A program made the translations under genes and the position numbers. The notes under the pieces are model-generated. The model had not been told where the DNA came from, ran no database searches, and worked only from the letters and a program-made list of their open reading frames with translations. A stretch of DNA of 64,000 nucleotides, taken from positions 8 to 64,007 of the forward strand of contig PBPL01000101.1 in NCBI GenBank assembly GCA_002724675.1, given 5' to 3'. Shown here piece after piece: positions 9,677-19,176 of this stretch. Every line of letters begins with the position of its first letter. Position 1 is the stretch's first letter. Origin of the DNA: Deltaproteobacteria bacterium (GTDB lineage Bacteria > Myxococcota_A > UBA796 > UBA9615).

Positions 9677-10351
9677 TCAGTCCTCGCGCGGTCGATCCCC
9701 CGGGTAGATGTGTTCGTCTTCAACGACAGTCGGCTTCCAGGTGAGCAGGAAGTCCTTGTCGTAGACCATGCGTTGACGCTTGTAGTCCACGAGGTGCACG
9801 TCCGTCGTTAGCCGGATGGCATCGACCGGGCAGGCCTCCTCGCAGTAACCACAGAAAATGCACTTATCGATCTCAATGTCGAAGCGCACCGGATACTTCT
9901 CGATCTGAGGATCGGGGTGCTCGCCCGCCACAATGTGGATGCAGAAGGCTGGGCAAGCTGTGGCGCACATGTAGCAGGCCACACACTGGGGGTCTCCGCT
10001 GGGGCGCTGGGTCAAGATGTGCTTGCCCCGGTTCACCGGCGAGAAGTCGGGGCGCTGCTCTTCGGGGTAGTAGATGGTCACAGTGCCGCGCTTTGTCTCG
10101 GCTCCCTTGCCTCGGATCCACGCGAAGAACCACACTGCCCACTGCGCCATGTTGGAGAAGAATCGGCCGGCGGTGATCGCCAAGCCACTCAGGACGTACG
10201 GGATGTACATCCGCTCCACCCAAGTCATCTTCTCCGGGTTGTAGTACGTGACGATCTCGCCTTCGGTGAACTCCCCTGGATAGGCGGACTCCGGCAAGAC
10301 CGGTCCATCCACCAGGTTCCTAAAGCCAGGGTTGCGCCCAAAGTCAGTCAC
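9677..10351 (-). CDS. nuoI: NADH-quinone oxidoreductase subunit I (2x[4Fe-4S] ferredoxin)
   Basis: Two CxxCxxCxxxCP motifs (CVACYMCATACP, CIFCGYCEEACP). The listed ORF runs to 10525 and overlaps nuoH. A GTG at 10349-10351 preceded by GGGAG gives a normal-length protein starting VTDFGRNPGF. Confidence 0.85.
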   Translation of the reverse strand: MTDFGRNPGFRNLVDGPVLPESAYPGEFTEGEIVTYYNPEKMTWVERMYIPYVLSGLAITAGRFFSNMAQWAVWFFAWIRGKGAETKRGTVTIYYPEEQRPDFSPVNRGKHILTQRPSGDPQCVACYMCATACPAFCIHIVAGEHPDPQIEKYPVRFDIEIDKCIFCGYCEEACPVDAIRLTTDVHLVDYKRQRMVYDKDFLLTWKPTVVEDEHIYPGDRPRED

Positions 10352-10362
10352 AGAGGCTCCCT

Positions 10363-11598
10363 TCAGCTGCCGACGACAGCCAGCACGATGGCCGTCAACA
10401 GAAGGTTGAGGATGGAGATGGGCAAGAGAATCTTCCAGCCCAGGCGCATGATCTGGTCGTAGCGAAACTTCGGCAGAGTCCAGCGGATCAAGACCAGGAA
10501 CCAACAGAAGAAGGCCAGCTTGCACAGGAACGACAGGACCCGCATCACCACGACCACGACATGGGGTACGGTCGCGCCAAAGACCAGATTGCCCGGCACG
10601 AGCTCAGGATGCTGGGTCCAGTACCAGACGTCTGTGACCGCGTGCACTCCAGGGACATGGTAGGCACCAAAAAAGAGCGACGTCACGATGCCCGCAATCA
10701 CCGCGATCTCGATGAACTCACTCATCATGAACAGCCCCATCTTCATGGCGCTGTACTCGGTGAAGTAGCCAGCGACGAGCTCCGACTCGGCCTCTGGCAT
10801 GTCGAACGGCACCCGCTTGTTCTCGGCCATCATCGCCACCAGGAAGATGACGAACATGTGGGGCTGTACAAAGACACCCCAGGTCGGAATGAAGCCGAAC
10901 CAAACGTCGCCTTGCATCTGCGCGATGAGGCCCATGTCCACGGTGCCGTAAATCACGAGCAGGCCCAAGATGGCCATCCCCATGAAGACCTCGTACGAGA
11001 TCATCTGGGAGCTGGATCGAAGCGCTCCCATAAGGGCGTACTTGTTGTTGGACGACCAGCCAGCCAGAGCCGCCGAGAAGACTCCCGTACCGCCCATGGC
11101 AAACACGAACAACAGACCCACATTCAGATCGGCCAGCTGCAATTGAAATGTCGTGTCACCGAAGAAGTCGTGTGCCGTAGCAGCGAGCCCATCGGCGCCC
11201 ACGAAGAGCAGGACCTCTTCCAGCATCACGCCAGGAATAAAGGGGCCTCCAAACGGAACAACAGCGAAGGTAACCAGTACCGGGATCACGGCAAACCACG
11301 GCGCCAGGTTGAAGACGAAGCGGTCGACAAAGGGCGGCGTGAAGTCTTCCTTGGTCAGCATCTTGATCGCGTCAGCGATGCCGTGAAACAGCCCAATCAG
11401 TGTGAAGCGCTTGTACCAGCGGATCCCATCCTTGCCCGGGATCGGTATGGGGATGTAGGCCCGGTTGGCGCCGATGCGGTTGGCCATGACAGCCGCCTGC
11501 TTGCGCTCGACCCAGGTCAACAGACCCCCCAAGTTGAGCAGCAACCCGAGCACAAAGCCCAGGTTCAGCAACGCCACGACGACGAACGCGGGTTCCAT
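10363..11598 (-). CDS. nuoH: NADH-quinone oxidoreductase subunit H
   Basis: 411-aa polytopic protein with NuoH/ND1 motifs (TWVERKQAAVMANRIGANR, AESELVAGYFTEYSAMKMGLF). Confidence 0.93.
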   Translation of the reverse strand: MEPAFVVVALLNLGFVLGLLLNLGGLLTWVERKQAAVMANRIGANRAYIPIPIPGKDGIRWYKRFTLIGLFHGIADAIKMLTKEDFTPPFVDRFVFNLAPWFAVIPVLVTFAVVPFGGPFIPGVMLEEVLLFVGADGLAATAHDFFGDTTFQLQLADLNVGLLFVFAMGGTGVFSAALAGWSSNNKYALMGALRSSSQMISYEVFMGMAILGLLVIYGTVDMGLIAQMQGDVWFGFIPTWGVFVQPHMFVIFLVAMMAENKRVPFDMPEAESELVAGYFTEYSAMKMGLFMMSEFIEIAVIAGIVTSLFFGAYHVPGVHAVTDVWYWTQHPELVPGNLVFGATVPHVVVVVMRVLSFLCKLAFFCWFLVLIRWTLPKFRYDQIMRLGWKILLPISILNLLLTAIVLAVVGS

Positions 11599-11606
11599 GA
11601 CGTCTC

Positions 11607-13328
11607 TCAGGTCTCCAACACCCCGCCGAGGTGGCGGAATCCGGTCTGATTGCCTGGGAACTCAAAGCGGCCATCCAAGAACTCCCGGGCCTGCAGCTCG
11701 GGATCCTGCTTCAGCTTCTTGCGGGCCTCGCGGAGATTCTTCGCGGGCGACTTCAGTCCACCCGCATCGGCTATGGCCAGCAGGAGCTCAAAGCCGTCCC
11801 ACGCCCCCTTGGGTGGCCGCAGAGCCTTCTTGAACCGACTGTGGAATCCATCCACGTTGGTCCAAGTACCGTCCCGCTCCGCCCAGTTCCGCAGGGGAAT
11901 CACAGCGTGAGCGAGCGGAGTCACCGCGTCCACAGCATCCGTCAGCTGAATTACGCGGGCAACCTTCGCGAGGGCCTCAGCCACAGCATCGTCGCCGCCC
12001 CAGTCGTGGGCGAGCCCTGGACCCCACACAATCAACGTATCGATCTCGCCCGCCTGTGCTGCGGCGAGAATCCCAGCGAGGTCCTTGCCATCCTTCTTGC
12101 CGGGCGCGATGCCCGATGCTGAGGCGCCGAGACGATTGGGGTTGTGGTCGTCTGTGTGGAGCACGTCGTCGGCAGGATAGCCATCGACCCGGTCGGTCTT
12201 GACGGCCAGGTGCTGTCCCTTGACCCCCTTCCCTACCAGATGGCCCAGCAACCACGCCTCCTCGTTACTCATCCAACTCGAACCAATGACGGCCAGGCGT
12301 TCCCGACCCTCTTTCTTGTGGGCTGCCAAGCCCTCACCAATCCACGCGATGACATCCTCTGCAGAGGCCTGGTCCTTGCCGGCCAAGCTGGCTGCTGCCG
12401 GTCGCTCCGTAGCCGCCAACTCCTTGTAGAGGTCCCGGCCCTCGTTGCAGATCCAGAAGTCGTTCACGCCCGGGCGCTCCCGCGGCATGATGCGGATGAT
12501 CTCTTCTCGGTCGTGGTCCACTACCGTGTTGCAGGTGCGAGAGCAGCCACCGCAGACCGACTCCGTGTGCTTCAGGAACCAAACTCGCTTCTTGAAGCGG
12601 AAGTCTGTCTTGGTCAGGGCACCCACCGGGCAGATGTCCGCAACGTTGTCCGTGTAGGCGTTGGCGAAGTCGCCACCTTCGACCACCTCGACGATCGCCC
12701 GGTCCCCCCGATTGACGATGCCGAGCTCGTGGGTCCCCGTCACATGCTCGGTAAAGCGAGTGCAACGAGAGCAAAGAATGCAGCGCTCACCGTTGTAGAG
12801 AATGCGATCTCCAAAGGGAACTAGGCGAGGCTTGTGCACCTTCTCGTCGCGGACCTCCGACCGCTGTCGGTCGTGAAGCATGTAGTAGTCCTGCAACATG
12901 CACTCACCGGCCTTGTCACAGATGGGGCAATCGACCGGATGATTGAGCAACAAGAACTCCATCACCGTTGCCCTAGACTTCAAGACCTCGGGGGTATCCG
13001 TGAACACTTGCATGTTGTCTTCCGCATCGACCCAGCAGGTCACCGCGGGACGACGCGCGGGCATGTGCTTCTCCGCACGAGGATTCCAGGTACGGACATC
13101 CGCAATGCACATGCGGCAGTTGCCATCGACGGGCAGGCCCGGGTGATAACAAAAATGGGGAATGACCTTGCCCGCTTGCTTGGCCGCCTCGATCACCTTC
13201 GTCCCCTTGGGCACGGTGACCTCGATCCCATCAATGCTCAGCGTCACCGTCTCGGGCACGGGAGCGGTGGGCTCGACCGCCACCTCGGGTTTCTCCGACG
13301 CGCTCTCGCTTGTTGCGTTGTCCGACAT
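11607..13328 (-). CDS. nuoG: NADH-quinone oxidoreductase subunit G (short form)
   Basis: N-terminal 2Fe-2S region (CYHPGLPVDGNCRMC) followed by 4Fe-4S motifs (HPVDCPICDKAGEC, CILCSRCTRF). Start at ATG 13326-13328 (MSDNATSE), 19 nt after the nuoF stop. Confidence 0.9.
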   Translation of the reverse strand: MSDNATSESASEKPEVAVEPTAPVPETVTLSIDGIEVTVPKGTKVIEAAKQAGKVIPHFCYHPGLPVDGNCRMCIADVRTWNPRAEKHMPARRPAVTCWVDAEDNMQVFTDTPEVLKSRATVMEFLLLNHPVDCPICDKAGECMLQDYYMLHDRQRSEVRDEKVHKPRLVPFGDRILYNGERCILCSRCTRFTEHVTGTHELGIVNRGDRAIVEVVEGGDFANAYTDNVADICPVGALTKTDFRFKKRVWFLKHTESVCGGCSRTCNTVVDHDREEIIRIMPRERPGVNDFWICNEGRDLYKELAATERPAAASLAGKDQASAEDVIAWIGEGLAAHKKEGRERLAVIGSSWMSNEEAWLLGHLVGKGVKGQHLAVKTDRVDGYPADDVLHTDDHNPNRLGASASGIAPGKKDGKDLAGILAAAQAGEIDTLIVWGPGLAHDWGGDDAVAEALAKVARVIQLTDAVDAVTPLAHAVIPLRNWAERDGTWTNVDGFHSRFKKALRPPKGAWDGFELLLAIADAGGLKSPAKNLREARKKLKQDPELQAREFLDGRFEFPGNQTGFRHLGGVLET

Positions 13329-13347
13329 GGTCCTCTCGCTCGAACAG

Positions 13348-14736
13348 TCAGGGCACGAACACGTGCTCGGGGTCATCGTGGCGCTGCGGCACACCGCCTC
13401 CACGCAGATTCAGGGGGTCAGGAAACTGGTTGTCGTACGGGCAGCAACCCTTGTCGATGTGCTCTTCGAACTCGCTGCGGAACACATCAATGAACGACTT
13501 CGTGGGCCAGGCAGCAGCATCGGCCAGGGTGCAGATGGTACGAAGCTCCATTCCGTCGGCGATGCGGTACAGCTCGTCGATGTCGTTGGGGCTGGCGTGC
13601 CCGTGCTCGATGCGATGCACAATGCGCTCAATCCAACCGGTGCCTTCGCGACAGGGAGTGCACTGACCGCAGCTCTCGTGGTGATAGAAGCGCAGCAACA
13701 CCCAGAGTGCCCGAACCATACAGGTGCCTTCGCCGATGACGATGACGCCCCCGGACCCGAGCAGCGTTCCGTGTTCCTGGCAGCTCTCGTAGTCCATGGT
13801 GATCTGCATGGCCGTGTCGGCATCGACCACGGGAACAGAAGACCCACCCACAATGAGTGCCTTGAGTGCGATGCCATCGAGCATGCCTCCGCACTCCTTG
13901 TTCAAAAGATCAGCAAACGGGTAGCCCATGGGCACCTCGTAGACACCCGGACGCTTGACGGGACCGCTGACGCTGAACAGCTTCGTGCCCGCGCTCTTCT
14001 CGGTGCCCCACCTCCGGTACCCCGTGCGGTCCACGGTTGCTCCCGCTCCCTGATCCGCGATGTACACAACGGAAGCGATGCTCTCTACGTTGTTCACGAT
14101 GGTGGGATAGCCGTAGACGCCATACACCGCCGGGAAGGGCGGCTTGATGCGAGGCTGGCCCTTCTTGCCTTCCAAGCTCTCGATTAGACCGGTCTCTTCG
14201 CCACAGATATAGGCCCCAGCACCCGAGTGCACCGTAATGTCACAGTCGAAGCCACTTCCGTAGAGATTCTTACCCAGGTGACCAGCTGCGTAGGCCTCTT
14301 CCACAGCGGCATGCATTCGCTTCAGGCAGCCGACGTACTCACCGCGAATGTAGATGTAGCAATTGTTGCTGCCCATGGCGTAGCAAGACAGCACACAGCC
14401 CTCGATCAACTGGTGAGGATTCTCTTCCATCACCACTCGGTCCTTGAACGTTCCCGGCTCGGACTCGTCCGCATTGACCACGAGCGTGATTGGACCCTCC
14501 GGATCTCTTGGAAGGAAGCTCCACTTGAGCCCAGTGGGGAAGCCGGCACCGCCGCGACCACGCAGCCCCGACTGCTTCACCTCCTCCAGCAGCGCCTCCG
14601 GCGTGTACTTCCCGCCGAGGGCTTCCTTCGCCGTCACATAGCCATGGCGAGACTCATAGCTGGCGAGCGGCCAACTCTCGGTGTTGCGCTCGAAGTTGAG
14701 CAGCACCCGGGCGCCATCCACAATGGGGTAGGTCAT
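13348..14736 (-). CDS. nuoF: NADH-quinone oxidoreductase subunit F (NADH/FMN-binding)
   Basis: Motifs GLRGRGGAGFPTGLKW, ADESEPGTFKDR and ESCGQCTPCREG. ATGA overlap with nuoE. Confidence 0.95.
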   Translation of the reverse strand: MTYPIVDGARVLLNFERNTESWPLASYESRHGYVTAKEALGGKYTPEALLEEVKQSGLRGRGGAGFPTGLKWSFLPRDPEGPITLVVNADESEPGTFKDRVVMEENPHQLIEGCVLSCYAMGSNNCYIYIRGEYVGCLKRMHAAVEEAYAAGHLGKNLYGSGFDCDITVHSGAGAYICGEETGLIESLEGKKGQPRIKPPFPAVYGVYGYPTIVNNVESIASVVYIADQGAGATVDRTGYRRWGTEKSAGTKLFSVSGPVKRPGVYEVPMGYPFADLLNKECGGMLDGIALKALIVGGSSVPVVDADTAMQITMDYESCQEHGTLLGSGGVIVIGEGTCMVRALWVLLRFYHHESCGQCTPCREGTGWIERIVHRIEHGHASPNDIDELYRIADGMELRTICTLADAAAWPTKSFIDVFRSEFEEHIDKGCCPYDNQFPDPLNLRGGGVPQRHDDPEHVFVP

Positions 14737-15434
14737 TGCGCCATATCCCGTGGCTGGAACGGTGGTTGCGCCTCACCGTCACCCACTGTCGGTCGGTCCT
14801 CGTCTCTGCGGTGTACGCCATGGCCAGGTACCACGACCCCGCGGCCCGCCTGAAGGGCGGCCCCATCAGCGATCCGCCGACTGGGCCCGGAGCCGGGACC
14901 GTGGGGCAGATCTTCCGCCCTAGGCTCCTGGTCGGGGGTCGCCCTGAGCTGCTCGAGAAGCTCGTCGACGGCCTTCAGGCTGAGGTTCTCGTAGTAGTGG
15001 TCGTTGACCTGCATCATGGGCGCGGTGCCACAGGACCCGAGACACTCGGCGCCGATGAGCGTGAACTCGCCATCGGGGGTCGTCTCGCCTTTACGGATAC
15101 CCAGCTTCTGCTCCAGATGATCGATGACGATCTCGGCTCCCATGAGCGAGCAGCTGATGTTGTGACACACCTGCAGATGCCAACGACCCACGGGTTGGGT
15201 GTTGTACATCGTGTAGAACGTCGCGACTTCCTCCACCCACATGGGGGGCACCGGGATTTGTTCGGCCACGAAGTGCACTACGTCCGGCCCCACCCGGCCG
15301 AACTCACGCTGGGCCATGGACAACACCGGCAGAATCAGCGCGCGCTGATGATCCTTCGGATAGCGGGTCCTGAGCCACTCGACACGCTCGCGGGCCGCGG
15401 CACTGAACTCAAGATGGGAGGTGTCGACGCTCAT
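14733..15434 (-). CDS. nuoE: NADH-quinone oxidoreductase subunit E (2Fe-2S), with a ~70-aa C-terminal low-complexity extension
   Basis: Thioredoxin-like 2Fe-2S motifs (QVCHNISCSLMGAE, ECLGSCGTAPMMQVN), at the operon position between nuoD and nuoF. Confidence 0.92.
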   Translation of the reverse strand: MSVDTSHLEFSAAARERVEWLRTRYPKDHQRALILPVLSMAQREFGRVGPDVVHFVAEQIPVPPMWVEEVATFYTMYNTQPVGRWHLQVCHNISCSLMGAEIVIDHLEQKLGIRKGETTPDGEFTLIGAECLGSCGTAPMMQVNDHYYENLSLKAVDELLEQLRATPDQEPRAEDLPHGPGSGPSRRIADGAALQAGRGVVVPGHGVHRRDEDRPTVGDGEAQPPFQPRDMAQ

Positions 15435-16732
15435 CGGTCACACTCTCCACCGATCATGTTGATCTGGCCGAACACCGGCACGATGTCGGCCACCTGACTG
15501 CCCAACAGCATCAAGTGGATGGCGCCCATGTTCACGAATGATGGCGGCCGGCAGCGAGCCTTGTAGGGAAGGCCCGTGCCATCGCTCACGAGATAGAAGC
15601 CAAGCTCCCCGTTCGCACCCTCGACCGCGTGGTACGCCTCACCCTTGGGCGGCCGCGGGCCCTCCATGATCAGCTTGAAGTGATTCATGAGGGCTTCAAT
15701 GTTGCTGTAGACCTCTTTCTTGTCGGGGAGGGTCATCCTCGCATCGTCTACGACAATGGGCTCCCCATTGGTCGCTCGGATCATCGGATCGAGCTGGCGA
15801 CAGATGCGGATGCTCTCTTCCATCTCCCGCATGCGCACGAAGTAACGATCGTAGTTGTCCCCGTACTTGCCGATGGGCACCTCGAACGAGACGTCCCCGT
15901 AGGCTGAATAGGGCGCGTACTTTCGAACGTCCAGGCCCACCCCAGTGGAGCGCAGCACGGGCCCTGTGACGCCGTAGGAGACCGCGTCTTCCCTGCTGAT
16001 GACCCCCACACCACGCATGCGGTCGATGAAGATCCGGTTGTGGTCGACGAGACCATGCACATCCCGAAGCTTCGGAATCAGCTCCTCCACATACAAGTGC
16101 TCACATCGATCGAGCCACTCATCGGTGACGTCTCGAGCCAGCCCCCCGACGCGGGCATAGGTCTGGGTCAATCGAGCCCCGCTCACATTGGCGATGTGTT
16201 CCCACAGCCAATCCCGGACCTCGATCATGTAGAGGAACGGAGTGAGGGCCCCGAGCTCCATCAGCGCTGCGCCGAGGCAGGTGAGGTGATCCGTGATTCG
16301 GGACACCTCCGACATGTAGGTGCGAATCAACTGCGTCCTTCGAGTCGCCTCAACCTCGAACAGCTTCTCCACCGTCTCCACCCAACCAAAGTTGTTGATG
16401 AGCGGACTGCAGTAGTTGAGCCGATCCGTATACGGAATCGCCTGATGGTAGGTGTGGTGTTCACACTCCTTCTCGAAGCCTCGGTGCAGATAGCCTGGGA
16501 TGACATCGACGCCCACAATCGTCTCGCCGTCGAGCTCCACCACCATGCGGATGGTCCCGTGCATTGCGGGATGGGACGGACCAATGTTGATCATCGTCCG
16601 GGCGCTGAGATCCGAGTCTTCTCCCTCGGGATAGATCCGACGAATGCACAGCCCCTCGCCCACTGTGACGAACTCCCCGCCCTGGGTGTACGGCAGAGTT
16701 GGCGACCCCTCTGTTGGCATGCCCGCGCTCAT
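15431..16732 (-). CDS. nuoD: NADH-quinone oxidoreductase subunit D
   Basis: Motifs NIGPSHPAMHGT and YLHRGFEKECEH, plus the C-terminal GECDR. Overlaps nuoC and nuoE by 4 nt each. Confidence 0.95.
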   Translation of the reverse strand: MSAGMPTEGSPTLPYTQGGEFVTVGEGLCIRRIYPEGEDSDLSARTMINIGPSHPAMHGTIRMVVELDGETIVGVDVIPGYLHRGFEKECEHHTYHQAIPYTDRLNYCSPLINNFGWVETVEKLFEVEATRRTQLIRTYMSEVSRITDHLTCLGAALMELGALTPFLYMIEVRDWLWEHIANVSGARLTQTYARVGGLARDVTDEWLDRCEHLYVEELIPKLRDVHGLVDHNRIFIDRMRGVGVISREDAVSYGVTGPVLRSTGVGLDVRKYAPYSAYGDVSFEVPIGKYGDNYDRYFVRMREMEESIRICRQLDPMIRATNGEPIVVDDARMTLPDKKEVYSNIEALMNHFKLIMEGPRPPKGEAYHAVEGANGELGFYLVSDGTGLPYKARCRPPSFVNMGAIHLMLLGSQVADIVPVFGQINMIGGECDR

Positions 16733-17322
16733 TTGGGAGCGTCCAGATCTCGAGGGCCGGGGTGAACCACCTCGTCTGTCTCGCGGGTGCCCGGGTACCG
16801 TTCCTCGAACAGCGGATGTGCCTCAAGCTTGTCGTAGTCCTTGCGCAACGGGAATCCCTTGAACTCTGGATAAAGAAGGATTCGACGCAAGTCGGGGTGA
16901 CCATCGAACTCGATGCCGTACATGTCGTAGGTCTCTCGCTCCATCCAGTTGGCAGAACCATAGAGGGAGCACAGGGACGGCACCCTGGCCTCGTCCTCAT
17001 CCACTCGACACTTCACGCGCAGCCGGTGCTGGAAGCGGGTGCTGAAGAAGTGGTCCACGATCTCGAAGCGCGGCTCTTCGTCGATCCAGTCCACAGCCGT
17101 GCTGTCCATCAGCATGTCGAACTGCAGCTCAGAGTCCTCCATCAGCCACTGGCTGGCAGAGAGCCGATGGCTGGCTTCGATGACAATCGTGTCATCGCCC
17201 AGTCGGTCGTGGTGCGACAGAACCGCCTCACCCAAGCCGCTGATGACACGCGACAGAACCGCACTCATCGACGGCTCTGCAGCGGCGTCCTGGGGTGAAG
17301 CGGGGTGGGGTGCGTCAGTCAT
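16729..17322 (-). CDS. nuoC: NADH-quinone oxidoreductase subunit C
   Basis: 197-aa protein with the NuoC 30-kDa signature ANWMERETYDMYGIEFDGHPDLRRILL. Confidence 0.93.
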   Translation of the reverse strand: MTDAPHPASPQDAAAEPSMSAVLSRVISGLGEAVLSHHDRLGDDTIVIEASHRLSASQWLMEDSELQFDMLMDSTAVDWIDEEPRFEIVDHFFSTRFQHRLRVKCRVDEDEARVPSLCSLYGSANWMERETYDMYGIEFDGHPDLRRILLYPEFKGFPLRKDYDKLEAHPLFEERYPGTRETDEVVHPGPRDLDAPK

Positions 17323-17368
17323 GATGGGAAGCGGAGGGTACCAGCGGTCAACGGGGAAAGGAGGGGGC

Positions 17369-17974
17369 CTAGAAGATGGGGTGTCGCTGGCCCTGGATCT
17401 TCTCTTGAAGCTTGATCAGGGCGTCGAGGATCGTCTCTGGACGGGGCGGACAACCAGGGATGTAGACATCAACGGGGATCACCTTGTCGCAGCCGGGCAC
17501 CGATGTGTAGTTCTGATAGAAGCCACCAGAGACAGCACAGGCGCCCACGGCAACGACCCACTTGGGCTCACACATCTGATCGTAGACCGTCTTCAGGACC
17601 GGGGCCTGCTTGTGCACGATGGTCCCCACCACCATGAGCATGTCGCTCTGGCGGGGCGAGAAGCGGGGCAGCGCCGCTCCGAAGCGATCCGTGTCGTAGT
17701 GATTGCCTGAGACGGCCATGAACTCCATGCCACAGCAGGCGGTCACAAATGGGTACTGAAACAGTGAGAACTTCCGTGCCCAACCCATCACAGCATCGAC
17801 ACGGGAGGTCCAGACCGTGTTGGCGAGTCCACTCTCCGCGAGGATCTCGCTACCCGGCGGCAGTGGAGCCACCGGAAGAGCCGCAGCCGAACCGGAGCCC
17901 TGACCAATCTGGACCGTAGCAGCCTCAGGCCCGGCGCCAGTCTCCGCAGGCGGGCCAGCTTCATCTACTGCCAT
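17369..17974 (-). CDS. nuoB: NADH-quinone oxidoreductase subunit B
   Basis: Motifs FVTACCGMEF, GACAVSGG and YIPGCPPRPE. Start set at ATG 17972-17974 (MAVDEAG...), overlapping the nuoA stop by 10 nt. The listed ORF runs to 18196, inside nuoA. Confidence 0.88.
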   Translation of the reverse strand: MAVDEAGPPAETGAGPEAATVQIGQGSGSAAALPVAPLPPGSEILAESGLANTVWTSRVDAVMGWARKFSLFQYPFVTACCGMEFMAVSGNHYDTDRFGAALPRFSPRQSDMLMVVGTIVHKQAPVLKTVYDQMCEPKWVVAVGACAVSGGFYQNYTSVPGCDKVIPVDVYIPGCPPRPETILDALIKLQEKIQGQRHPIF

Positions 17975-18336
17975 TCGAGAGCCCCCTTTCTCCACGCATA
18001 GATAAGCCCCACCACCAAAGAGATGAGGAACACCACGAGCTCCACCAGACCAAACAGGCCCAGCTCCCGATACAGCACAGCCCACGGGTAGAGCAGCACC
18101 GCCTCCAGGTCGAACATGACGAACAAGATGGCGACGAGGTAGTACTTGACGGAGATCCGCCTGCGATTGTCTCGCTGAAGCGCAGGAACCCCGCACTCAA
18201 AGGGCTCGAACTTGACCGCCGGGGTCAAGGCAGCCTTCGGCTTCGGCCCGAGCAGATGGTTCAGCCCGAGCATGACGGCCATGAAGCCGATGGCGCCCAT
18301 GAACGCAAACAGCACCGGAAGGTACTGGGCCGACAT
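17965..18336 (-). CDS. nuoA: NADH-quinone oxidoreductase subunit A
   Basis: Start at ATG 18334-18336 (MSAQYLPVLFAF...), preceded by GGGAGTCAGGAG. NuoA motif PFECG...FDLEAVLLYPWA. Confidence 0.9.
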   Translation of the reverse strand: MSAQYLPVLFAFMGAIGFMAVMLGLNHLLGPKPKAALTPAVKFEPFECGVPALQRDNRRRISVKYYLVAILFVMFDLEAVLLYPWAVLYRELGLFGLVELVVFLISLVVGLIYAWRKGALEWQ

Positions 18337-18576
18337 CAAGACTCCTGACTCCCAGCCGCGGGCTGTAGCCCATCCAGGCAAGCGGCAACGAGCGTCCTCT
18401 CCAGTTGCACCGAAAGTAGGCAACTAGAGTGGGGTCTCCGCAAACTGAAACCCCGCCTGAATCGCCTGTTGGGTTTACACGCGTGTGTGTGCCATTGCAA
18501 GACAACGGGGCCTTCCCAGCCCACCTTTGGTAGTCCTTCACCCGCCCTCGCAAGCAGCCATTGTACAATCGCGATC

Positions 18577-19176
18577 ATGATCCCCGGCCCCCTCCAGTTC
18601 CAGCCACTACCCCAGGACGACCCGCTGCACCGCGCGCTCGCACAAATTGGTGAGCTCTATACAGCGACCAACTTCATGACCTGGTGGGATGCGCGAGCGT
18701 TCTCTGTGGATGGCAACTCTCAGGAGTGGGACCCGTTCGAGCGAAGCCACGCTTCGCTTCTCGCCAGCTTCTTGGAGGAGCATGTGCTGCCCACGTACAT
18801 CTCCGACGGTCCCGCTCGGTTCGACGAACACGTGGCTCGGGTAGGCAAGATCGGCTGGACCGATGTGCGCACTGGAATTCTCGAAGCTCTCAAGCACCAT
18901 CCAGTGTCAGGGGGAGCCCGACCGGGAACAGCGGCGGGCCAGTTTTCCCCGCACGCCTTCATGTTGTTGGAGGTGCTCGAAGACCAGGTGGCCGCCGCCC
19001 TCGGCCTGCCCAGCAGAGAAGAGCTGGATACGATCGAGCGAGAACATCTGCGTTGTGCGGTGTTGCGTCCACGAACAGGCTCCGTGTTCCGAGGCACCCT
19101 CTACCAATATCTGTTCCTGGTGTGGGCTCCGGCGAGCCGTCGGCTGCTTTGGTTCGACCTGGGAGGCAGTCAGTGA
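18577..19176 (+). CDS. Hypothetical protein, translationally coupled to the downstream UbiB-family kinase
   Basis: ORF in the 18469..19176 frame. ATG at 18577 (MIPGPLQFQPLPQDD...). The stop TGA 19174-19176 overlaps the GTG 19173 start of the next gene (GTGA). No recognisable motif. Confidence 0.5.
   Translation: MIPGPLQFQPLPQDDPLHRALAQIGELYTATNFMTWWDARAFSVDGNSQEWDPFERSHASLLASFLEEHVLPTYISDGPARFDEHVARVGKIGWTDVRTGILEALKHHPVSGGARPGTAAGQFSPHAFMLLEVLEDQVAAALGLPSREELDTIEREHLRCAVLRPRTGSVFRGTLYQYLFLVWAPASRRLLWFDLGGSQ

Noticed and set aside
18684-19172. Extended N-termini offered by the ORF track. Examples: UbiB from 18684, GT9 from 36053, guaA from 63886, nuoN from 4834, nuoB from 18196, nuoA from 18423, nuoI from 10525, rbfA from 43262, trmB from 44147, purN from 24753.
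   Set aside because: The extensions overlap the upstream gene, lack homology to the family N-terminus, and are Arg/Pro-rich. Internal starts with 1-4 nt overlaps or Shine-Dalgarno-like sequences give canonical N-termini.
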